From the NCBI GenBank assembly GCA_051942245.1, contig JAVECL010000005.1:62001-126000 (forward strand): a DNA stretch of 64,000 bases, given 5' to 3'. The position numbers and the translations under genes were made by a program. This stretch comes from Trypethelium eluteriae (Eukaryota). Of this stretch, positions 49,716 through 61,189 are shown piece by piece; position 1 is the first letter of the stretch, and each line of letters begins with the position of its first letter. The notes under the pieces were generated by a model that saw nothing but the letters and a program-made list of their open reading frames with translations, was not told the origin of the DNA and made no database searches.

Positions 49716-50159
49716 ATGTATTTCACCCCCGCCGTCTTGGCCCTCCTCACCGCGCTCAGCTCCGTTTCCGCGGCACCTAGCACTCACCCCCAAGGCCAGA
49801 ACAACTCCACCATCTCCATTTCTATTTTCACGAACTCCACCGGCGGATGCACTGGGACTCCTCAAAAAATCCCTGTAGACCTTAGCGGCACGCACTGCAC
49901 GCCCCTCCCCGCTGGTATCTTCGCTGTGCAGCCCGAATTCGGCACCTCTGATCAGGACGACTTGGTCTTCTTCCGGGACGTCAAATGCGCTACCAACGGG
50001 ACGCACGCCCATCCGCCGAGGCCTACGGCTTCCGACTCAGCTCAGCATGAGAAGGCAGAATGTCTGAAGGCCGAGAAGAGAGCCGATCGCACGACGGCCG
50101 AGCATGAAGGAAATGTCCACTGGGCGGCCTACAAAGCGGAGCCGAAGAGGAGGAACTAA
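49716..50159 (+). CDS. Small secreted 4-Cys protein (effector candidate B)
   Basis: MYFTPAVLALLTALSSVSAAP signal peptide, and a TATAAA at ~49571 upstream. Confidence 0.8.
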   Translation: MYFTPAVLALLTALSSVSAAPSTHPQGQNNSTISISIFTNSTGGCTGTPQKIPVDLSGTHCTPLPAGIFAVQPEFGTSDQDDLVFFRDVKCATNGTHAHPPRPTASDSAQHEKAECLKAEKRADRTTAEHEGNVHWAAYKAEPKRRN

Positions 50160-50897
50160 GTTGGCAACGCAGCTGGGCTGCTCGCTGGTGGAAGAACGAC
50201 CAGTTGTTCCGAGAGCTGGTTCGGTTTGACGACAGCCGGTCTGTTCGCCGAACATGGAATCGAAGCAGCTGGTCTGCTTTGCTGGCTGTTCCGAGGTTAG
50301 AGAGTCTAATGGATTGGATGACTGTTCCTTCACGCTCATTCAGGGAGTCTTGGCCATGATTCACGACCTTGATTTCACCACCGATAGAGAGTATGATTGA
50401 TTCTAGATATTGTTAAAGCTTAGTCCGAATAGTTATCCAAGGATCTTACCATAGTCACTTATTCGAGCTTAATTAACGTGCAGCCGGTCTAAATGGGACG
50501 CTATTGAGCCTCCATGAGTAAAGTAATCGCCCATTAATATTGGTCGACGTTCTACTAATTAGATCTTTCATGAACTAGTCTCTCATGGGACTGCTGTTAT
50601 GAAAGTAAGTATCCGCCTACCAAAACGCGTGGAGCCGTTCGGGATATCTTCAGCTTACCTCCACGATATTTAGAACAGCCTTTTTGTACCGTGGAGTTGC
50701 CGAAAAACGAGTGATAAGAAGGTCAAGGAGCTCCAATCCCAAGATATATACATTCAGTCTCGGAGACCGAATCATTATGATATTTGCCTAACATTTTGTC
50801 ACATTTTGCCCAATTGTCGACGGCTTGATGCTTAGGTGATTTCTAGTAGTCACGACGGCACAAAGCAGTGTCCGAGTCGGCATGTTACTATCCACTT

Positions 50898-53630
50898 CTA
50901 GAGCCAGCGGAGATGCTTGAAACCAAATCCCGGCATACAGTTTTGCACTTCTTCATCGAAAACAGGCACATCAACGGGTATGTCACTTCTGGGCATCCAA
51001 GTGCTGCTCTTTGAATCACCATCTTGACCACCAGCGATGATAACGATGTGTACGGCCGCCGTCTCAGGCATGGCCTCATTCGCCCACTGTTCGGAACGTA
51101 ACTCATCAGCCATGCTTTCAAGTCCAGTATCGATCCGCATAAGAACACAGTCTACACAGCAGTCTTTCTGTAGGACCATAATGGTACGATGAGATCTTCC
51201 GACGTGGCATGCAGCCCATTGTGCTAGGCTGTTGTTGTCCGTGAGTTGATAGTATATATTGGCAAGAGGCTCTTCATGTGAGCGCGTCCAGTACGCGTCC
51301 GTGAAGGGCTCGTGATTCGCGCTGAACCACTCAACAAACAAACCTTGGTGAGCTTGACGACGAATCTTCCAAGAACATAGAGGTGGGAGGCCTCCATCAG
51401 ATGTATTAGCGACCGCATCTTGTGAGTCGGTACTCATGGCATGGAGTATTTTAGAGGGCGCACGGTATCCATGAATACAGGGCGTGCTTACTTTCAGATG
51501 AGGTATGCCCTTGCAAATTCGAACGAGGTCAATTTTCCTCACGCTCTCGGAAAGGCAAACTTCTGAGCGTACCCAGATGATACTCCCCTCTCGATGACAA
51601 AGAGACTGCATAAGGATTTTGTCCGCAATATTGCAGGGTCCAGTAATGATTTTGGAAGACTGAGCGACCGCCCCACCATGTCTTACATCGCCCAAGTCCA
51701 AACCTCTGAAGGCGTCCACGGCTTGGATACTAGTACAAGAAGACCCCTCGAATCGGATCAAACCAGGCCGCAGTCTCAGGAAATGGCCATCGAGCTTTGC
51801 GAGCGACGCCTCGATGGCGTGCTTTCGCATCACCGCAGTTCCATCAAGCTCAGATGCGATCCAACTTTGAGGTAGATCTTGAAGATTGTTTCTTTGGCGA
51901 TTGGAGTTGTCGATGCAGACGTCCAAAATTTTTCGGATGTGCTCGTCGAAGAACCATGTATGTGAATCGCGGCGACTAATCCAGCCGCCCCAGTCGGCCT
52001 TCCTACATGCAATAGTGGCTCGAACACTAAGTTGTTGCAGGGACTCGTCCCAGTCTGTGAATGCTAAGGTAGCAGCACAATGTACTAAAGCAGATATCAA
52101 ATTTGCTAAATCCATTTGCATTGTGGATTGCCAATCCTTGAAGAGGTCACGAAAAGATGTTGACGATCCGCGATGGCTTTTTGAACGGCTGGGCCCTTCG
52201 GACGGGGAAATGCCTCCCACAAAGTCCTTCAGGGATTTCAGCACGGAATTTGAGTCAATTGACGAATGCGCAGTTGCAACGTGGCAGTACTTCTCGTACA
52301 CCGGATTCGACTTATGAAGAGACTGGAGCACAGGTGGTGCGAGTTCCTTGCAGAGTCTTACACTACGACCCTCTTCCGTAGGTCGACCATCGTTCCGAAG
52401 TCCAGTACAGAGATAGGCTGGACAATGCAGATGTGCCATGAACTCATAACGATCTCGCGGACCTGGACAAAAGCCAAATATTTCAAGGATGCGAAGACTT
52501 CGGTCCTGTAAATTGGGGAGAACGTGCAGGTTTAGCGGTCGAAGTCCTAGCCAGTGCCCGCGGTTTGTCTCTATAGGACAGCAACGAACAAAAAGTTCGG
52601 CCATACGGGAGACTCGGTTCATTGTCTCTATCGCCGCACAGGCAGAAATCAATCGCAAATCCTCACAATCCATAATACCTGGTAATCTTGTCTCGAGGAG
52701 ATTCAGCATTGAGCAGTCGATCGTCCAACCAGATGGTATCGGATCGGGCTTGACGCAGAAGAAGTCCTGGGGATTGCCATTGATGTAAAGACCGCAGTTG
52801 GCCGTCTCCGGAGATATCTGCTTGGAAAGGTCAATGATAATGCGGGCATCCTCATATGGTCCGTAGTATATCTGGTGAGTCCGGCCTTCGGCATCAATGG
52901 CAGTGACATTGAGGCCAAGGATGTAACTTGAATAAGTTGCTATCCAAGCAGCTCCGGCAAAGCCGTGGCAAGCCAAAACATGGCCTTCTTTCGAGGTCGC
53001 AACCCGATAGATCATCGGTATAAGCTTAGACAAGGACTTCACTGAAGGAATTGCTTCCATAACATTGGCAGCGGAATTCACTTCACCTTTGAGCCCTTGA
53101 AAGTAATAATGATGGTAGAATAACTTTTCCTTGAAGCCGAGTTTCAGGACCAGAGGCATAAGAGCCTTCCGAAACTGGGCAATTTGAGCCGTTCCAGGTG
53201 TATCATTTAGTGGGACCTTGGCCAATTCAAACAGCGCTGAGATTATGGACGTCGTTGTAGAGTCTGACGTAAAGCTGGCCGTGGCAGAGAGGAGGGCTAT
53301 AACATTCTCGCCTGCTCGAGTTTTGAGTAACTGGTCGGCAATAAAATTAGTTGATGCTCCGATTTCGATGACTTTATAGAGCCACAAGCTTTTCCCAGAG
53401 CGTTGTCGCTGTCTTGTCTCAGTGAGGGCACGCCTAAACTCCTCACTTGCCGGGGTATATTCTGCAATCATAAGCATACAACCAAGGGTATGGGGATCTA
53501 CGCCGTCGTTCGCGAGCTGTTTGAGCCCCTGCGACCCTGCTGAAAGAAGGAGTCTTGACAGCGATGGTATATCAACCTGCCAATCGGGCCTAGCTGTCGA
53601 TGCTGCCAGCCCAGCACCACTGCCAGACAT
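50898..53630 (-). CDS. Large uncharacterised fungal protein (910 aa, intronless)
   Basis: Single long ORF with a helical N-terminal region (WQVDIPSLSRL..GVDPHTLGCML) and C-terminal QWAAC..QKDCCVDC. Confidence 0.8.
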   Translation of the reverse strand: MSGSGAGLAASTARPDWQVDIPSLSRLLLSAGSQGLKQLANDGVDPHTLGCMLMIAEYTPASEEFRRALTETRQRQRSGKSLWLYKVIEIGASTNFIADQLLKTRAGENVIALLSATASFTSDSTTTSIISALFELAKVPLNDTPGTAQIAQFRKALMPLVLKLGFKEKLFYHHYYFQGLKGEVNSAANVMEAIPSVKSLSKLIPMIYRVATSKEGHVLACHGFAGAAWIATYSSYILGLNVTAIDAEGRTHQIYYGPYEDARIIIDLSKQISPETANCGLYINGNPQDFFCVKPDPIPSGWTIDCSMLNLLETRLPGIMDCEDLRLISACAAIETMNRVSRMAELFVRCCPIETNRGHWLGLRPLNLHVLPNLQDRSLRILEIFGFCPGPRDRYEFMAHLHCPAYLCTGLRNDGRPTEEGRSVRLCKELAPPVLQSLHKSNPVYEKYCHVATAHSSIDSNSVLKSLKDFVGGISPSEGPSRSKSHRGSSTSFRDLFKDWQSTMQMDLANLISALVHCAATLAFTDWDESLQQLSVRATIACRKADWGGWISRRDSHTWFFDEHIRKILDVCIDNSNRQRNNLQDLPQSWIASELDGTAVMRKHAIEASLAKLDGHFLRLRPGLIRFEGSSCTSIQAVDAFRGLDLGDVRHGGAVAQSSKIITGPCNIADKILMQSLCHREGSIIWVRSEVCLSESVRKIDLVRICKGIPHLKVSTPCIHGYRAPSKILHAMSTDSQDAVANTSDGGLPPLCSWKIRRQAHQGLFVEWFSANHEPFTDAYWTRSHEEPLANIYYQLTDNNSLAQWAACHVGRSHRTIMVLQKDCCVDCVLMRIDTGLESMADELRSEQWANEAMPETAAVHIVIIAGGQDGDSKSSTWMPRSDIPVDVPVFDEEVQNCMPGFGFKHLRWL

Positions 53631-54091
53631 GTCTAATAAGGTTTGTGTTTGAAGAGCCTATCGAAGCGCAGGACCTGTAGAAGACTCAAGGCAAGAGGTT
53701 GTGAAGACTCATACCAGATCTAGTAAAGTGATAAAATTTCATTGGTGGTATCTCGAAGCCAAAGCTCAGCCTTGCTGCAAGTTGGACCAATGGCTCGAAC
53801 TCCAGAGTGTTGACCTACCTAGGATGATGCAAAGTCCTGCTACAATCGTTTCCGGCGGGACAGAGCGCCGGCAGGACCTACAGAGTATGAGTGAGCGTGC
53901 TCAGAAGCGGAACAAGACTAGAGGTTGCACGAAACTTTGTGCCTGGACCTGGACGAAGAGGTGATTCGGCTCGGCAGAGCTTCCCTATCAGCCAGAGCCA
54001 GACTTCGCATCCTCCACGAATTCCGTCACTAGATAAACTACACACAAGACATCCGTCCTGTATCTTCCCGGCCAATTGAACACGGTGCACA

Positions 54092-55554
54092 ATGCTGGTT
54101 TCATTAACTGTCGGCAAGGTGGATGCTGGCGTCGCCGTGCTTTTGACAGAGGATAAGCGCCTTGTAAGCCTCCCATCTGCCGTCCTTGAACATCAAACCT
54201 GTCGCCTCTTGCATCCTATACAGCTTGTTGTACAAAAAGATCTTCATACTTTCCATGTTGCTTGTTAGACGGGAAAATTTCTCGAGGAGCAGCGTACAAA
54301 AATTCATTGTTCTCGCTACTTGAGCTTCCATTACCGACTGCTGAAGCTTGAGACCCAATTAACCCACTCCAGATAGAATTCCCTTCCATCCTTCTCCCTC
54401 CCGACATCACCTCCGGCTCTATCGTCGATATCACTGTCGCTCGTAACTTCTCCTCAGAATCCAGCGCCTCTCTTGCCTTCTCCCGCCTGCAATCCGACAT
54501 CTACTCCACCTTCGGCGTCACTTCCCCAAAGCCCCCTACCCTCCGCTGTCGCAATGCAACCCAAACCAGCATCGTGCTCGAATGGGACCCAATCGAGCTT
54601 GCCACCTCCGAACTCCGTAGTCTCAGTCTGTACCGCAATGGCAGCAAGGCCGGCAGCATTCCACGGCCACTAGAGCAACACAGCACGAAGATTAGTGGGC
54701 TGCCGCTGGACACCGAGTATACGTTTCATTTGGTATTAAGAACATCGGCGGGGACGTACGCGTCGGAAAAGCTAGTAGTACATACGCATAAGATGACAGA
54801 TTTATCTGGTATTACGGTAACGCCAGGAGTAATGCCTTCGCAGCTGAAAGAAAGTCTACAAGCGACGGTGGATAGAATTGGTGCAAAGATGATTGATACC
54901 GTACGGATAGATACGACGCACTTTGTGTGCACAGACGGCCGCGGCCGAGAGTGGGAGCGCGCGGTGGAGATGAATGTGCCTGTTGTTGTGCCAGACTGGA
55001 TCAAGGGCTGCGAACGGGAAGGTCGGCTTGTGGGTGTAAGAGGATACTACCTAAATGCAGATCCGAGATTGCGGCAGGTTGGGGCAGGCGTGGGCGTGCA
55101 GCAGACTCAGCAGCAGCAACCTCAGGAGCAGCAAGTGGCGACAAGACAGGCGGAAGGGCGACCAGAGCCACAGAGTCCGCTGGCGACGCCCAGTACACAG
55201 GTAATACCACCAACACCAGAGCAAGGAAGAGACAGAGAGGAAGAGAAGACAAATGGAGAGGAGAAGCCTCCACCTCCACCGCCGAAGTTCGAAGAGGATG
55301 AGGAGGATGCGGAGCCTCAGGCGAAAACTGGACATGACAAGGCAAATGGCTCGGCTGAGAAGGGCAGAGCTGAGGGTACAGAGGAGAGCACGGAGGATAG
55401 TGATGATGATGACAGGATAGGTGAGAAGGGTGTTGAGGCTGGAGAAGCGTCGAAACTAGATAGTGAGTTACCCGTGCGAGGGAAGCCACTCGAAGACGCA
55501 GATCCTTCGTCGGAGGATGAGGGAGCAGGGAATTACGAGGATGTTGCGCTCTAA
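54092..55554 (+). CDS. CHS5: Chitin biosynthesis/exomer protein Chs5 (FN3 + BRCT, acidic tail)
   Basis: MLVSLTVGKVDAGVAVLLTEDKRL|intron 54164-54372|IEFPSILLP. The FN3 region has LEWDPI..LYRNG and the BRCT region has TTHFVCT..VVVPDWIKGCE. Confidence 0.95.
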
Positions 55555-55915
55555 CGAGGACCTTTTAATCTTGGAGTTTCGATGTATTTGACTACGCTGC
55601 AAGGCGAATTAGGGAACCACGAATCAGCGTCTCTTAGATACCATATTCATTGCCAAATTATGCATAGGTGGCAAGTTTGTAATAATTGTCCTACTTATCT
55701 TCACCAATGTACAACATATAGGCTACATTGAGACAATACTTAAGTGTTGCCCAGAGTGTTTCCCCAAGACTCGCCTGTAGTAGACTGATGCCTTGGACAC
55801 GATAACATCAAAGCCCCCTGGTCCAGCCAAAGTGTACCAAAATCGCCGTCGAGCACCTTACCGTCCCAAAAATGGATATCACAAAGCCACCGTAAGGTTA
55901 TCGAACACTCAAGAC

Positions 55916-58900
55916 CTACATAATCACACATTCCGCATCATTGCGGTCTTTGTTGCTACGCGACAAGCGCTCCCGATTCTTCTGCACCTTTGGGCCACCC
56001 TTCTTCAGTTCTTCGAGACGTTCCTGAGCCTTGGGGAATTTGTATGCTATTCATCAAGGTCAGCCAGCCACCCTGCCCCCCCCGCCATGCAAAGGAATGA
56101 ATAACGAGCCAGAAAGCAAAGAAAAGGGCAATCAACTCACCAGCAGCCCGTCCATACCACCTCTTCGCCTCCTCCAAACTCCTCGGACACCCAATGCCCA
56201 CCTCCGTGAAATATCCCATCGCAAACATCGCCTTTGGCAATGGCACCGGATCCGCCGTGGCCGCCTTCCTCGCCCACAAATACGCCTCGGTATCGCTCTG
56301 CTCCAAGATCCCCGGGCTCCCCGTCAAGTACCAACCACTCAGCGCCAGCTCACTCTGGTGCTCGCCCTGCGCCGCCGCCTTCGTATACCACTGGATACTC
56401 TGGCGCGCATCGATCGGACACGTCAACAGCCCATACTCATACGCCTGACCGAGGCGAAACTGCGAGAACTTGTAGCGGAACGCGGCAGCACGCGTGAATA
56501 GCTCAAACGCATACGCGTCGTCGCGGATGATCTTGTCCTGCCCGGGCATCTGCGACTCGTACAGCAGCCCCAGCTCGTGCAGCGCATGCGGGTTCTCCTC
56601 GTCGGCGCGGTCCGCCGCGCGCTTCAGCCAGATGAGCGCGTCGCCGAGATTGCGCGCCTGCCCGAGGAGCCCCTTCAGCAGGATCATGCCCACCTTGTAC
56701 ATGGCGGGGACGTCGCCAAGAGCTGCGGCCCGCTTGTACCACTGCACCGCTTTCACCGGGTCCTTGCGCGTGCCCCCGCCGTCTTCCGGCCCCATCTCGC
56801 AGCACACGGCGGTGCGGTAGGCGGACGGGGCGTGTCCGGATTTGGCGGCGGCTTGGTAGAGGGTGAAGGCTTCTTTGGTGTCAACCGCGAGCCCTAGTGC
56901 GCCCTGGCCGTAGCAGTCGGCGAGGTAGAACTGGGCGTCGGGGTAACCTTGCGATGCGAGCTTCTTGATTTCCTTGTGGGCCTCGAGGATGTAGCGTTCG
57001 CGGTTCTTGTCGCGAGTCTTGATGTCTGCGCGACCACCTTCGTCTGAGAGGACGGCAGCGGCTTCGACGAGCTTCTTGGCATAGTGTAAACGGAGTTTCT
57101 GATCAGAGGAATTGGCTTTGGCGACATTGCGGAGCCGATCAAGTTCTTGGGGTGTGATTGGAGCAGAGCGTCGGCGTTCTTTTGAGGAGCGTGAAGAGGT
57201 TGAGGGGGATATTTGGGTCGTGGCAGTCGGAACAGCAGTGTTCACGCGATTGTACTGTCGGACAGGAGCTGGTCGGTTTTGAGGGAGACCGGTGATGTTG
57301 TGTGATAAAGCTGGTCGGACTGGTGGGGCCTGCTGAGCTGGGGTAGGATGTTCAGGGAGCGCGTCTGGGTTGGGAGGGCGCTCGTCGAGTGAAGGCCGCC
57401 CTGTCTGAGATGTGGCGGGTCTTTGGTAAGGATCTTGCTCGACTGGAGAGAAACCATGTCCAGGGCCAGGATCTGATCGCTGACTCTGCCAAGTCTGATT
57501 GCGACTCAGACCTGGTTGAGGTGGAGAGATAGGACTTTGTATATTCCGACTCTGAGGTGTATACACTTGGCGTGGCGGTAAAGCAGATGGTGCAGTGGCA
57601 ATCTGAGGAGGAACAGGTCCTCGGTTCTGAGCTAGCGCAGCATACGCTGGTCGGGCATAGACGTTGCTGTTCTGCTGAGATGGAGGTGAACCCGCGCCTC
57701 CGAAATCGCGATTTGGCATGCCCTCGGGCGATCCAACAGCATGGTTCTGCCGCGGGTCTGCGCGCGACTGACTCCGTAAATCTGGTTGAGATCTTTGAGA
57801 GCGCGCCTGTTGATAAAAGTCTGGTCCAGGTCTTCCATGATTGGGGGGTAAGGCCGAAACACTGGGATCAGAAGGAGCCTTTGCTCTACGACTCTCACCG
57901 ACTGGATCGTCAAAGTTTGGCATCTCGGCCTCTATTTCAGCCTCTCTGTCGCGGAATGGTGGGCTCTTTGCATTACTAAGACGGTTCTCGTAGTAGCCGT
58001 CGTACACGTCCTCGATAGTATCTTGTCGGGCATGCCCGCCGTAGGTTTGTTCTGGTGCAAATTGCTGAGGGCGCTTATTAGGTCCACGAGCTTGTTGCGC
58101 ACTAAACCCACCTTGTGGGGGAGAAAAGTTCTGATAGCTACGTGGAGCATATCCCGGACTATCTGGCCCATGATAAGTCGCAGCTTGGCTTTTGTCCGGC
58201 ACGTGGGCCTGTCGTGAGCGTGGTATTTCGCTAGCACCTTCAAGAGGCGACGTTAGCGATCGGCCTATCGGACCACTTATAAGGGGCTCGATGGCTGAAT
58301 TTGGCTCTTGAGGGTTTGGATAATGCCCATTGGGGTTCTGACGGGGTCTGTAACCAGCTTGCGTCTGAATTGGGGGTGGCTGATTAAGGCCTCCACGTTT
58401 TCCATTATTTACACCATGGCCATTCACTCCTCTGGGATCATTCGGATAATTCTGAGGCCGTTCAGCGCTATCTAAACTAGGTCGAGGCCTATTCGAAGAT
58501 GCAAAAGAGGGACGTGGTAGATCCTCACTGTGACGAGCTGGTTGTAAGGATGTGTTAGCCATACTATCTTCGATGGCATCTGTTTCATTTTTCATAGGCT
58601 TTTTCTTCATCGGAAACGTAGGAAAGGGGTTATCCCAAGCTAATGTTTCTGGCGAGGGTTCAATCATTGGCTTGCCTTTATCTCCTAATTAGTAGCATGC
58701 CAATTAGCTTCGTGCATAACGTAACTCACGAGATCTGGATTTATCGCGAGGATCCCGCCGGTCTTTAGGTCGTGATGGATCAGCTTGGCGGCCCCTTTCA
58801 CCTGGCCCATCGCTTTGTGACCTTCCATATCCTGGTCTTTGAAGAGCGCCGCTGGTAGAATCAGACTGGTTGCTAAACCCTTGATTTTCCTGATGAAGTG

Positions 58901-59453
58901 GAGATCTTTGTTGGCGTTTCTGCTGGTACGGAGCTTGCTGCGGCGCTGGACCTCGAGGTTGAGGCTGGCCATACGAGCCATCATTCCGCATTTGCTGCGG
59001 AGGTGGTCTCTGCTGGTACTGCTCATTCATGTTGCCATACCCAGCATTCCTTTGCAGTCCGTCGTAGACATTGGAATAATTTTCATTATTCCTTGCCTCA
59101 TGTCCATAACCATCGTTGTGAACATCTCTATAGTCGTTATAGTCATTGCCATCGTATCCCCTGTAGCCGCCATTCTCATAGTTCTCATAGCCTCCGTTGC
59201 TATGGCCATCATAACCGTTAGTCGCATGACTATCGTACCCGTTATTGCCGTAATCTTGTTGGTAGTTGCCCTCGTAAGTTTGCTGCCTCTGCCCGTACCC
59301 TCCAGAACTGCCATTATATTGCTGCTGCGGAGGTGGCGCTCTGCGAGCTTGGGATTGAGGGCCAGGTCGGGGGCCAGGCTGTGGTTCAGAACTTTTGCTG
59401 CTGTAGTAGCGGCGATTTGGCGGCTGATATGCCATTTGCTCGTTGTATGCCAT
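55916..59453 (-). CDS. CHS4: Chitin synthase activator Chs4/Skt5 (Sel1-like repeats, C-terminal CaaX)
   Basis: Sel1 repeats AQFYLADCY, SAYRTAVCCE, AMYKVG, ALHELG, SQFRLG, SELALSGWY and AMFAMGYF. Introns at ~58685-58729 and ~56046-56139. The last exon ends NDAECVIM*. Confidence 0.92.
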
Positions 59454-60320
59454 AGCTAAGGTCTTGGAGGTCTCCAGCAGGCGACCTGGATCTGCAATAC
59501 TTCGCCCTCTGGGAATCGTTCAGCGAGACAGGAACCAAATTCGAGGCTCTTGGGCCATAAGGAGCGTATGAAAAGAACGAGTGTTATAAACGAGCGGCAC
59601 CGACGAGGCTTGTAAAGAGAAGGAAACGAGGGTAACCCCGCAGGGCAGGCAAGCTCCTTAGGCACTGCAGAACGGGCGGTGATCAAAGCTGGCCAAGGAT
59701 GATGAAGTCAAGGACAAACAGGTTGGAGCTGTCGAAACCGAGTCGCAGCAAACCCCCCAAGCAGTAACACAGTCAGCGAAGTCACTAGTTTATTGCGGGA
59801 CGGTTCTTCATGCGCACGCCACGGGACCGGGGCCATTCGCAACCGGTGTTCATGAGGTCAGGGGATGCATCAAAGGGCCCATGAGCAAGGCGACTGGCTA
59901 GATTGGTGGGCGAATTGGTGGTCCCGACGAGATGAAGCGAGGTTGGGTTTCACGTCTGCGCAATGTTCGCATACGAGCAGACAGAGCAACAAGGACCGGC
60001 GGAACCTTGGGACCCGGCTTGAAGCTTTGCTTTGCCGCCGTTGTCCAATCAACCTCGAGCAGTCACTGCAGCCGTCGGCACCGCCACAGTCTGGATCGCG
60101 ATCTCTCTCACCAGCCACATCCACATTCTCCTAGTGTCCCTGAGCAGATGTGGCGCAGCCTTCCGCAAATCTTGATGACGACGACCCTCACGGCTATCTG
60201 GGCACGCTGGGATATCCAGCAAGAAACAACCTTTCCACCCACGATCTGATCCACCTCACGACTCTTTAATCTCGATCTCCATCAACTCTATTGGTCCTTT
60301 TAGTGCTCCAATCCGCCACG

Positions 60321-60929
60321 ATGCCGGCCACCGGCACTTGGGTTAAGATGGCTGTAGTGTAAGTTCCCAGTATGAGGAAACGCTGAAATCCATTCTGCGT
60401 GCCTGCTCTGTGGTGTAAACCATGTAATAACACCCTCGCTACAAAGTACTGTGGCCATGTGCGTTGGCGGACCAGCCCTCGTATACTACGTAACTCCTAC
60501 TGAAGAGGAGCTTTTCAAAGTAAGCATGCGATCGTGACAACCCGTGATCCCATCTGTTTCTCATCTCTTTGCGTATAGAAATATAATCCTGAGCTACAAA
60601 AGCGATCGTTAGAAAACCGTCAGGCGCGACAGCAAGAGTTTGATGACTACGTGAACAAACTAAAGGAATGGTCCAGGTCGGATAAACAAAGTAAGACCTT
60701 GTTACGTCACCCATGTTACGATCCTATAGCTAAATATTGTTGTCTAGTCTGGTTTGCCGCTGAGGAAATGGCAGAAAAGTAAACGCCTGTCTTTGCTTAA
60801 CCTAGCGCATCTACTAATTGTTGTAGGGCGAGAATGGAGCAAAAAGACAAGATCCTTGATGAGCAAAATAGACTTGCTGCCGAGGTTGAGCGGCGGAGAA
60901 AGGAGATGAGGGACTCGACTGTCAAATGA
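60321..60929 (+). CDS. CBP4: Cytochrome b assembly factor Cbp4, 5 exons (not in ORF track)
   Basis: Spliced product [90 protein letters not shown]...DSTVK*. Confidence 0.9.
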
Positions 60930-61189
60930 TGCGGCGAGTGCCGTCATTCATATTCGGTCGCTCTGAAATGTTGTACTATCAGGAAATGTTACCATGTATC
61001 AAAATTCGGAAGGAAATCATGTTAGCTAACTAAAGACCAAGGCAAATTGGGAGCCTAGGAGTCTTGTATACCCCAAATAAATTGAAGTCGAAGGTGGCCA
61101 GAAGTTGTTTGCCAAATGTTTTGAAGAGACTCTGGAGTCTCGGAGAAGACAGCCCCGAGAAAGAAAAGCATCGATCAATCCTCTCACGT

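Noticed and set aside
54164..54372. Unusually long (209 nt) CHS5 intron as snoRNA host
   Set aside because: No convincing box C (RTGATGA)/D pair or H/ACA architecture was seen.
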